From Chthoniobacterales bacterium (GTDB lineage: Bacteria > Verrucomicrobiota > Verrucomicrobiia > Chthoniobacterales > JACTMZ01), in NCBI GenBank assembly GCA_049451035.1, contig JBMTVD010000002.1, forward strand, positions 1 through 53,783: a stretch of DNA of 53,783 bases. The letters are read 5' to 3'. The notes beneath the pieces were generated by a model. It was not told the origin of the DNA and did no database searches. It was given only the letters and a program-made list of their open reading frames with translations. Numbering within the stretch: position 1 is the first letter of the stretch; the number at the start of each line of letters is the position of its first letter. The translations under genes were made by a program, and so were the position numbers. Positions 46,462 to 53,783 of the stretch are shown here, one piece after another.

Positions 46462-48039
46462 TCAGGGGCCGACGGTCGGGAGCGGATCGTTCTCGCGTGT
46501 GAGGATGACGAACGCCTGCAACTCGAGGGCCGGAACAAAATGATTCTCCGCCGCGTAGCGTGCCACGGCGCCGGCTGGGTCATAGATGTCGGGTTTGCTC
46601 ATGACAATGACGCGCGGCGGGAATTTGAAACGGACATCGTCCCACTGCGGTGCCTGCATGGCCCACGCCCGTCCCGGCACGTCCTCGAGTGCCACCGGTG
46701 TGAGGTAGATGAAAGCCGCCGCTGCGTCGGCCGCCCACCAGACTTCCTTGTTTTCGCTCAGGGCCGCGGCAGCGATGGCGGCGGCGGTGCGGTAATCGTC
46801 CTTCGCGTGTGCGTCGCGCCAACGCAGGTTGAGTGACGAGGCCAACCAAAGGAGGGGAAGCAAAACCGCGGCCGCGCGCATCACAACCGAGGGTTGGGCG
46901 AGCGCCGCGGGGAGCAGGGTGGCCAGGGCGAGGATTACCGTCGGCAACACCGGCATGAAATGGCGGGGAAGCGGCCGGTAGTCGGCGAGAAACATCCCGA
47001 TCACGACAATGACGGCCGGCAGCGCCACGGCGAAGGCGAAGGCGACGACCAACCGCCGGCTGGGTCGGTGTGCGCGCAAAAATTGCACCGCAAAAACACA
47101 GAGCACACCCGCCACCGCCGCCAGTGGCAGGAGGGACAAGAAATGCGCACTCAGCGCCGCACCGGGTGCGGCGCGCAATTCGAGCCGTCCGGGACCGAAT
47201 CCGGAGAAACCGAGAAATTCGTAGACGACATAAGGCAGCGAGACGAGGCCCGTGCCCGGGCGGAAATACCCCCCGCCCGCACCTTCGAAGGTGAACACGT
47301 AGAATATGCCGAGCGCGAGGGATGGAAACGCCATGGCGGCCAGCAAAACGACGGCGGGGGACTTTCCCGGTCCGGTCGCCGGTGGGCTCGCCCAAAGCCA
47401 GAGCAACGCCACAACAAAACCCCCGGCCCAAAGCACGCCGAGCAGGCTGGATCCGGCGAGCAGAATCATGGCCAGGGCAACGCAAAGAATTTCGAGGGTC
47501 GGCCAAGGTCCTTCGTCCGGCTGCGGAGTGGCCGCGCGCAAGATTGCAGCGGTGGACCAGCAGGCCGCGGCATACTGCATGATGTAGGGCCGCGTCTCAT
47601 CAAGATACATCCAGAGCGTCGGGCAGACGAGCGATAGTCCGCACGCTGTGAGTGCGAGCCGTGGCCGCGCACGCAGAAGGACGAGAAACGCCAGTTGCGC
47701 GAAAAGGAACAAGGGGATGTTCGCCGCGCGCATGGTCCATTCGCCGCCGCCGAACATCTTGTTCCACCCGTACAGGTAGATGTTGTGCAGCGGCATCTGG
47801 ATGGTGGAGCCGCCGACGGCTTGCGCGTATTTCCAGGCCTCTCCCGGGTTGGGGGCCATGGCCACGATCAGCGAAGTGGCCTCATCAATCCAATAACTCT
47901 GGTTGCTGATGGCAAAACCAGCCACCGCAGCGGACGCCCCGAGCATGGCAAGGAGAACCGCCCGGGAAATGGTGAGCGACGTGATTGATGGGTCAGGAGG
48001 GTTCACAAGAAAAGATCCGATACGCGAAACGATACTCAA
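46462..48039 (-). CDS. Polytopic membrane glycosyltransferase, GT39/ArnT/PMT-like (GT-C fold)
   Basis: More than 10 hydrophobic helices. An early-loop segment (YWIDEATS) sits where the Asp/Glu motif of GT-C enzymes lies. A soluble C-terminal domain follows. The start is uncertain. The candidates are TTG 48039 (TTGA overlap with the DUF192 stop), GTG 48006, or ATG 48108 (73-nt overlap with the DUF192 gene). Confidence 0.7.
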   Translation of the reverse strand: MSIVSRIGSFLVNPPDPSITSLTISRAVLLAMLGASAAVAGFAISNQSYWIDEATSLIVAMAPNPGEAWKYAQAVGGSTIQMPLHNIYLYGWNKMFGGGEWTMRAANIPLFLFAQLAFLVLLRARPRLALTACGLSLVCPTLWMYLDETRPYIMQYAAACWSTAAILRAATPQPDEGPWPTLEILCVALAMILLAGSSLLGVLWAGGFVVALLWLWASPPATGPGKSPAVVLLAAMAFPSLALGIFYVFTFEGAGGGYFRPGTGLVSLPYVVYEFLGFSGFGPGRLELRAAPGAALSAHFLSLLPLAAVAGVLCVFAVQFLRAHRPSRRLVVAFAFAVALPAVIVVIGMFLADYRPLPRHFMPVLPTVILALATLLPAALAQPSVVMRAAAVLLPLLWLASSLNLRWRDAHAKDDYRTAAAIAAAALSENKEVWWAADAAAAFIYLTPVALEDVPGRAWAMQAPQWDDVRFKFPPRVIVMSKPDIYDPAGAVARYAAENHFVPALELQAFVILTRENDPLPTVGP

Positions 48040-48527
48040 TCTGAATTTGATGGCTTGGGAAGCCCTGTCACCTTGTCGCCGGCCAAAATGCCCTTTTGAG
48101 TGAACCATCCTTGGGGCACTTCCAAGGCATAGACCAAGTCACCGAAAAGACTGGGCACTGAATCTTCTGCAAGAGGTTGCATATCATGAATTTCTCGGAT
48201 AATTCCTTGGGCATTGATGTAGGCAATGGAGAGGGGAATCAGGGTGTCTTTCATCCAGAATCCCAACGCCTGGGGGCGGGAAAAGACGAAGAGCATCCCG
48301 TGACCATCGGCCAACTCTTTCCTGCCCATCAGGCCGATGGTTTTTTCATCGGGATCGTCGGCCACCTCGGCCTCAATCCGGGCATCTCCGATGGTCAGCA
48401 CGATTTTCGGGAGCTCCGGCTGGGCCGGGGTGAGCGCGGGGAGTGACGCCGCGGTGGCCGAAAAGATCAAGGCCATGAGCAGCATCCGGCGCGAAGCGGG
48501 AAACAGCGGGAAAATCCGGGGGTTCAT
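48036..48527 (-). CDS. DUF192 domain-containing secreted protein
   Basis: 163 aa with a signal-like N-terminus. The segments GLMGRKELADGHGMLFVF, then MKDTLIPLSIAYI, then ALEVPQGW match the DUF192 pattern. Confidence 0.8.
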   Translation of the reverse strand: MNPRIFPLFPASRRMLLMALIFSATAASLPALTPAQPELPKIVLTIGDARIEAEVADDPDEKTIGLMGRKELADGHGMLFVFSRPQALGFWMKDTLIPLSIAYINAQGIIREIHDMQPLAEDSVPSLFGDLVYALEVPQGWFTQKGILAGDKVTGLPKPSNSD

Positions 48528-48626
48528 GCGGAGGCGAAATTAGCGCGCACACGGCTTTTGCGACACTTTTTTCATCAGAGAAAAATCCGTATTGCCATTA
48601 GCGGCGGTAATACTAGTCTGTTTTCG

Positions 48627-48645
48627 CTCCGCGACAGTCGCGGAG
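48627..48645. promoter_or_regulatory. Perfect 19-bp palindrome (9+1+9) in the actA leader or divergent promoter region. Candidate operator or leader hairpin.
   Basis: The sequence is CTCCGCGAC-A-GTCGCGGAG at 48627..48645, read directly from the sequence. It ends 15 nt before the actA ATG (48661). It is followed by the T-rich CATTTCGTTAATT. The function is not established. Confidence 0.3.
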
Positions 48646-48660
48646 CATTTCGTTAATTGG

Positions 48661-49314
48661 ATGGCAAACTTTTTCCCACGTTGGGCGAATTGGATACCGC
48701 TGAAGCTCTTGCTCATCGTGATGGTTCTCGGTGCCGTCGTGACAGGAGGCATTTGGTACTATTTCACGCCCAAATACACCAACGTGGGCTACATGCCGGA
48801 TCAGCCGGTGCCTTTTTCCCACGCTATCCATGTCGAGCAACTGGGCATGGACTGCCGCTACTGCCACAGCTACGTCGAGGTTGCCGGACACTCCAATGTT
48901 CCGGGTACGCAAACCTGCATGTCTTGCCACTCGCAGATCAAAGCCCAGAGTCCGAAACTCGCCGCGTTGCGGGCCAGTTGGGAGACGGGCACGCCGGTGC
49001 AATGGGTGCGCATCCACAAGGCGCCCGACTATGTTTATTTCAACCACGCGGTGCACGTGAATCGCGGCGTCAGCTGCTACAGCTGCCACGGCCAAATCAA
49101 CGAAATGCCCGTTGTCTACCAGGCCGAACCGCTCAGCATGGCGTGGTGTCTCGAGTGCCATCGCGAGCCGGAAAAATTCCTGCGGCCGCCCTCCGAGATC
49201 TACAACCTCAACTGGCGCCCCGCCTCCGCCCAGGAGCAACTCGCCATGGGCGCGCAGTTCAAAAAGGAATGGAACGTGACTCCACCGGTCACCTGCGGGG
49301 GATGCCATCGCTAA
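48661..49314 (+). CDS. actA: Alternative Complex III subunit ActA (membrane-anchored pentaheme cytochrome c)
   Basis: ATG at 48661 gives MANFFPRWANWIPLKLLLIVMVLGAVV, a TM anchor. There are five CxxCH heme motifs (CRYCH, CMSCH, CYSCH, CLECH, CGGCH). It lies directly upstream of actB. The track's TTG start at 48592 adds 23 codons, of which only 12 have G/C in the third position, so that stretch is probably noncoding. Confidence 0.85.
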   Translation: MANFFPRWANWIPLKLLLIVMVLGAVVTGGIWYYFTPKYTNVGYMPDQPVPFSHAIHVEQLGMDCRYCHSYVEVAGHSNVPGTQTCMSCHSQIKAQSPKLAALRASWETGTPVQWVRIHKAPDYVYFNHAVHVNRGVSCYSCHGQINEMPVVYQAEPLSMAWCLECHREPEKFLRPPSEIYNLNWRPASAQEQLAMGAQFKKEWNVTPPVTCGGCHR

Positions 49315-49315
49315 A

Positions 49316-52300
49316 ATGAAACGCGTCCTGCCCCACCCCTCGCGCCCCGAGCGTCCCGCTCTCTGGCGCAGCCTCGACGAACTGGCCGGCACCCCGGAGT
49401 TTGTCGGCGCGCTCGAGCGTGAGTTCCCGCAGGGCGCGGCCGAGTGGCACGGCGGAGAACTATCGCGCCGCAATTTTCTCCAACTCATGGGCGGCTCCAT
49501 GGCGCTGGCCGGCATCGGCCTGACCGGGTGCCGCCGTCCCGAGGCTTACATCGTCCCTTTCACCCAGGGAGTCGAATGGACCATCCCCGGCAAGTTTCTC
49601 TACTACGCGACCTCGCAACCGCGCCGCAACGGCGCCATGCCGCTTATCGCGACGACCAGCGACGGTCGTCCGACCAAACTGGAGGGCAACCCGTTGCATC
49701 CGATCAGCAACGGCGCGACCGACGCCTTCGCGCAGGCTTCGGTGCTCGATCTCTACGATCCCAACCGCTCGCGCGCCATCAAAGCCGAAGGCCGGGAAAC
49801 CGACGCGGCTGCGCTGGCCGCCAAGCTCGATGAAATCCGCGCGGCTTCCGAAGCGAGCCGCGGAGACGGACTTGCCTTCCTGGTCGAACGCGTCGATTCG
49901 CCCACCCGCGACCGCCTGCTCGCGCAGCTGCGGCAGAAATATCCGAATCTTCTCTGGGCTGAATACGAACCGCTCGGCAGCGACGAATATGACGCCGCCG
50001 CGGCCGCCTGCTTCGGTGCGGGCACCGCAGTCGTTCCGGACTTCAGCGCGGCGGACAAGGTGCTCGCCGTCGACGATGACTTCCTCAACGCCTCTTTCAG
50101 CGGACTCGAGCAGGTTCGCGGGTTCATGGCGCGCCGCCGCATCAGCGAGCCGGGGCAGCCGATGAACCGACTCTATGTCGCCGAGACGCGTTACACATCG
50201 ACCGGCGGCCTGGCCGATCACCGCCTGCGCCTCAGACCGTCCGAAGCGGGTCCTTTCCTCCGTGCCCTCGGCCAGGAGATCGCTGCCTCGACCGGCGACG
50301 GGGCTTTGGCCGCGGTCGTCGGGGCGTTTCCCGGGGGACAACTCTCCATCGATCCGGCGTGGATCGCCGAATGCGCCAAGGACCTCGCCGCCTCGCCGGG
50401 CAAGAGCGTCGTCGTGGTCGGCAGGCAACAACCGGCCGCTGTGCAGGCACTCGGTTTTGCCATCAACAGCGCGCTCGGAGCACCGGGCCGCACACTTCGC
50501 GCCATGCGCGTCGAGCGTCCGCAGGCGTCCTCCGTGGCCCAACTCGCCGCGGCGATGGAAGCAGGGCGTGTGAAGCATCTTTTCATTCTCGGCGGCAATC
50601 CCGTCTACAACGCTCCGGCCGATCTGCGTTTCGGCGATCTGCTGGCCGGTGTTCCCGTATCCGTGCGCCTCGGACTTTACGACGACGAAACCTCCGCCGC
50701 CTCGAAATGGCATGTGCCGCAGGCCCACTACCTCGAAAGCTGGGGGGACACGCGCAGCGCGGACGGCACCATCTGCGCGGTACAACCGATGATCCTCCCG
50801 CTGTGGGGCGGGGTGAGCGAAATCGAGATCCTCAACCGATTGGCCGGCAACCCGGAACCCATCGGACCGCAATTGGTGCGCGACACCTTCGCCGGTGTCG
50901 CCGGAGGCGGGGACCTCGAGGCGAAATGGACCGGTTTTCTGCGCAACGGATTCCTGCCCGGCACCGCATGGCCCGAGGCGGCCGCCGCCTTCAACGCCGG
51001 CGCCGGCACCACCCTGGCCGCTTCTTACCGACCGGCCCCCTCGGGCGAACTCGAAATCGCCTTCACTCCGAGCAGCGTGATCGATGACGGACGCTATGCC
51101 AACAACGGCTGGCTGCAGGAGACGCCCGATTTCGCGACCAAGATCACCTGGGACAATGCCGCACTCGTCAGCCCCGCCACCGCCCAAGCGCTCGGACTTG
51201 CCACCGGCGACATGGTGGAACTCTCGGCCGACGGCCGCCGGATCGAAGCCGCTGCGCTCGTCGCGCCCGGCCATGCCGACCATGCAATCAGCATCTCGCT
51301 CGGTTACGGCCGCGTGAATATTTCGCATGTCACCGACAATGTCGGATTCGACGCCTACCCTCTGCGCACCACGCAATGCATGGCCTTCGCGCGCAACGTT
51401 TCGCTCAAGCGCACCGCGGCCAGGCATAAATTCGCCGAGACGCAGCACCACCAGAACATGGAAGGCCGCGACCTCGTGCGCGAGGGCACGGCCGAGCGCT
51501 ACGCCCAGGATCCGACCTTTGCCCGGACGATGGGCATGGACGGGCACATCCCGCCCAACAACTCCCTTTTCACCCACCCGCCACTGACTTCTCCCGAGCA
51601 ATGGGGCATGACCGTCGACCTCAGCACCTGCACCGGTTGCAACGCCTGCGTCGTCGCCTGCCAGGCGGAGAACAACGTGCCCATCGTCGGCAAAGACCAG
51701 GTTTCGCGCGGACGCAACATGGCGTGGATCCGCATGGACCGCTACTTCGCCGGCGACGAGAACGATCCCGAGATGCTCTCGCAAGCCATCATGTGCCAGC
51801 AGTGCGAGAACGCTCCGTGCGAGACGGTTTGCCCCGTCAACGCCACGGTGCACAGCGAGGACGGCCTCAACCTCATGGCCTACAATCGCTGCATCGGCAC
51901 GCGCTACTGCGCGAACAACTGCCCGTGGAAAGTCCGCCGATTCAATTTCTTCGACTACAACCAGCGCCCTCTCGACAAACTTTACTTCGGGCCGCTGGCC
52001 AAGAAAGGCATGGCCGAAAGCGTGCAGATGTCGAAAAACCCGAACGTCACCGTGCGCATGCGCGGCGTGATGGAGAAATGCACCTACTGCATCCAGCGTA
52101 TCGAGGAAGCAAAGATCACGCATTCCGTCCAAGCCGGGCCGTCCGACAAATCGAAAGTGCCGTTCCCGACCGTCAAGAGCGCGTGCCAACAGGCCTGCCC
52201 GAGCGAATCGATCGTCTTCGGCAACATCAAAGACCCGGCCAGCCGCGTCTCCCAACTCAAGAGCGAGCCCCGCAACTACCAAATGCTCAGCTATCTGAAC

Positions 52301-52483
52301 GTCAGCCCGCGCACGAGTTACCTCGCCCGCATCAAAAACCCGAACATGGCCATGCCCGGCGCGGACAAAGTCGGTTGGGCCAACGGCCATCCGCACCACG
52401 GGAGCGGCCATGGCGCATCCCCCGACGGCCATGACGCGCACGGCGCGCCGGCCGGACACGCGACGGAGGCGCCGGCACACTGA
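49316..52483 (+). CDS. actB: Alternative Complex III subunit ActB (fused molybdopterin-oxidoreductase-like domain + 4Fe-4S ferredoxin domain, Tat signal)
   Basis: 1055 aa. A twin-arginine signal is present ([23 protein letters not shown]). A large MopB-like domain comes first. It is followed by Fe-S cluster motifs ([50 protein letters not shown]). Confidence 0.9.
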   Translation: MKRVLPHPSRPERPALWRSLDELAGTPEFVGALEREFPQGAAEWHGGELSRRNFLQLMGGSMALAGIGLTGCRRPEAYIVPFTQGVEWTIPGKFLYYATSQPRRNGAMPLIATTSDGRPTKLEGNPLHPISNGATDAFAQASVLDLYDPNRSRAIKAEGRETDAAALAAKLDEIRAASEASRGDGLAFLVERVDSPTRDRLLAQLRQKYPNLLWAEYEPLGSDEYDAAAAACFGAGTAVVPDFSAADKVLAVDDDFLNASFSGLEQVRGFMARRRISEPGQPMNRLYVAETRYTSTGGLADHRLRLRPSEAGPFLRALGQEIAASTGDGALAAVVGAFPGGQLSIDPAWIAECAKDLAASPGKSVVVVGRQQPAAVQALGFAINSALGAPGRTLRAMRVERPQASSVAQLAAAMEAGRVKHLFILGGNPVYNAPADLRFGDLLAGVPVSVRLGLYDDETSAASKWHVPQAHYLESWGDTRSADGTICAVQPMILPLWGGVSEIEILNRLAGNPEPIGPQLVRDTFAGVAGGGDLEAKWTGFLRNGFLPGTAWPEAAAAFNAGAGTTLAASYRPAPSGELEIAFTPSSVIDDGRYANNGWLQETPDFATKITWDNAALVSPATAQALGLATGDMVELSADGRRIEAAALVAPGHADHAISISLGYGRVNISHVTDNVGFDAYPLRTTQCMAFARNVSLKRTAARHKFAETQHHQNMEGRDLVREGTAERYAQDPTFARTMGMDGHIPPNNSLFTHPPLTSPEQWGMTVDLSTCTGCNACVVACQAENNVPIVGKDQVSRGRNMAWIRMDRYFAGDENDPEMLSQAIMCQQCENAPCETVCPVNATVHSEDGLNLMAYNRCIGTRYCANNCPWKVRRFNFFDYNQRPLDKLYFGPLAKKGMAESVQMSKNPNVTVRMRGVMEKCTYCIQRIEEAKITHSVQAGPSDKSKVPFPTVKSACQQACPSESIVFGNIKDPASRVSQLKSEPRNYQMLSYLNVSPRTSYLARIKNPNMAMPGADKVGWANGHPHHGSGHGASPDGHDAHGAPAGHATEAPAH

Positions 52484-52485
52484 CC

Positions 52486-53783
52486 ATGGCTGACGCGATC
52501 ATGCAGAGCCGGGAAGCGGCGGCGGAGCGCATCACCCGCGCGCCGCTCGTCACGAACAACCGTCCGATGTCGTGGATCACGGACCACGTCGCCTCTTGCA
52601 CGGAAAGAAAAGCGCCCGTCTGGTGGTGGATTCTGTTCACCTTCAGCTCCGCGCTCGCCGTCTGCAGCGTGCTTTGCATCGGCTACCTGATCTCGACGGG
52701 CGTCGGGGTCTGGGGACTGAACCACCCGGTGGGTTGGGCGTGGGACATCACCAACTTCGTTTTCTGGATCGGTATCGGCCATGCCGGGACGCTCATTTCG
52801 GCCATTTTGTTCCTTACCCGGCAAAAATGGCGCACGTCGATCAACCGCGCGGCCGAAGCCATGACGCTGTTCGCCGTGGTCTGCGCCGGCATTTTCCCGC
52901 TCATCCACGTCGGCCGCATCTGGATGGTGTGGTTCCTGGCCCCTGTGCCGAATTCGAACGCCATCTGGCAGAACTTCCGTAGTCCGCTGCTCTGGGACGT
53001 GTTCGCCGTCTCGACCTACTTCACGGTTTCCATCCTCTTCTGGTACACCGGCCTGGTTCCCGATCTGGCCACGCTCCGCGACCGGGCCAAGAACAAGCTG
53101 CGCAAATTCTTCTACGGCATCGCCGCCCTCGGCTGGCGCGGTGGCAACCGCCAATGGCGCCACTACGAGATGGCCTACCTCATCCTCGCGGGCTTGAGCA
53201 CGCCGCTTGTGCTTTCGGTGCACTCGGTGGTGTCTTTCGACTTCGCCACCTCCGTCATCCCCGGCTGGCATACCACCATTTTCCCGCCCTACTTCGTGGC
53301 CGGCGCCATTTTCGGCGGCTTCGCCATGGTGCTGACCATCATGCTGCCGGCGCGTGCCATCTTCGGACTGCATGACCTCATCACCGACGACCACGTCGAC
53401 AAGATGTGCAAGATCATCGTCCTGACGGGCTCGATCGTCGGCTACGCCTATGCCATGGAGTTCTTCATCGCGTGGTACAGCGGCAACCCGTACGAGCGCT
53501 ATGTTTTCGTCCACAACCGCCTGGCCGCCCCGTTCTTCTCCTGGTTCTCGTGGGTGCCGGGTATCGGACCCCAAATGGCCGAACTGGGCGCCAACCCGGC
53601 GCCGTACTGGTGGGCTTACTGGTCCATGATTTTCTGCAACGTGGTGGCACCCCAGCTCTTCTGGAGCCGCTATTTCCGTCGGCACGTCATCTGGGTCTTC
53701 ATCATTTGCAACTTTGTCAACGCGGGCATGTGGTTCGAGCGCTTCGTCATCATCGTGACCTCGCTGCACCGCGACTTCCTGCC
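52486..53783 (+). CDS. actC: Alternative Complex III subunit ActC (NrfD/PsrC-like quinol-interacting membrane subunit). The 3' end lies outside the window.
   Basis: Not in the supplied track because there is no stop inside the window. Hand translation from ATG 52486 gives [27 protein letters not shown]...[14 protein letters not shown]...[31 protein letters not shown]...[18 protein letters not shown]. It is polytopic and NrfD-like, and starts 2 nt after the actB stop. The minus-strand track ORF 52318..53769 is its antisense shadow. Confidence 0.88.
   Translation, partial: MADAIMQSREAAAERITRAPLVTNNRPMSWITDHVASCTERKAPVWWWILFTFSSALAVCSVLCIGYLISTGVGVWGLNHPVGWAWDITNFVFWIGIGHAGTLISAILFLTRQKWRTSINRAAEAMTLFAVVCAGIFPLIHVGRIWMVWFLAPVPNSNAIWQNFRSPLLWDVFAVSTYFTVSILFWYTGLVPDLATLRDRAKNKLRKFFYGIAALGWRGGNRQWRHYEMAYLILAGLSTPLVLSVHSVVSFDFATSVIPGWHTTIFPPYFVAGAIFGGFAMVLTIMLPARAIFGLHDLITDDHVDKMCKIIVLTGSIVGYAYAMEFFIAWYSGNPYERYVFVHNRLAAPFFSWFSWVPGIGPQMAELGANPAPYWWAYWSMIFCNVVAPQLFWSRYFRRHVIWVFIICNFVNAGMWFERFVIIVTSLHRDFL

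Noticed and set aside
48592-48660. The upstream TTG start for actA given in the ORF track, which adds MPLAAVILVCFRSATVAEHFVNW.
   Set aside because: Only 12 of these 23 codons have G/C at the third position, against clearly higher values in real genes here. The stretch contains the 19-bp palindrome. ATG 48661 gives a standard short N-terminus before the TM anchor.

Overview
This is a GC-rich bacterial chromosomal segment (about two-thirds G+C by eye, not computed). It holds about 48 tightly packed protein-coding genes in 13 blocks of alternating strand.

Almost everything is recognisable core metabolism or cell-envelope machinery:
- a glycan-biosynthesis fragment (GT2, AsnB-like amidotransferase, GT4, SDR epimerase)
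- pfkA and a D-Ala-D-Ala carboxypeptidase
- ribBA-ribH-nusB-ftsY
- a GH57 glucan-branching enzyme and rng
- mreB-mreC-mreD-mrdA
- a heme operon in pathway order, hemE-hemN-hemY-hemH
- a GldA/F/G-like ABC module with a DUF4340 protein
- sucA-sucB, menF-menD, trpF, leuB
- an orphan exbD coupled to a large TPR protein
- argD-argF
- the start of an Alternative Complex III operon (actA-actB-actC). actC runs off the 3' edge and is missing from the supplied ORF track.

The gene content (ACIII, GldG/DUF4340 module, GH57, DUF2934, many TPR proteins, high GC) fits a PVC-group or Verrucomicrobiota-like organism. That is inference only.

I recognised no rRNA, tRNA, CRISPR array, IS or transposase, integrase, prophage block, or defence or toxin genes.

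Overall this looks like an ordinary core region, and I see no convincing evidence for a new multi-gene system. The items most worth a second look are:
1. All six convergent gene junctions have stop codons overlapping or at most 6 nt apart, leaving no room for a terminator.
2. The uncharacterised ABC + GldG + DUF4340 four-gene module.
3. An ExbD homologue with no ExbB or TonB, start/stop-coupled to a Pro/Ala-rich TPR protein.
4. The only large noncoding gap (39164-39689), which contains two unlisted, ATGA-coupled small ORFs.
5. A perfect 19-bp palindrome just upstream of the ACIII operon.
6. A Lys/Ala-rich histone-H1-like tail on a DUF2934 protein.
7. Two possible TTG starts in TTGA stop/start overlaps.

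The long antisense ORFs in the track (up to 1249 aa) are high-GC shadow ORFs and were rejected.
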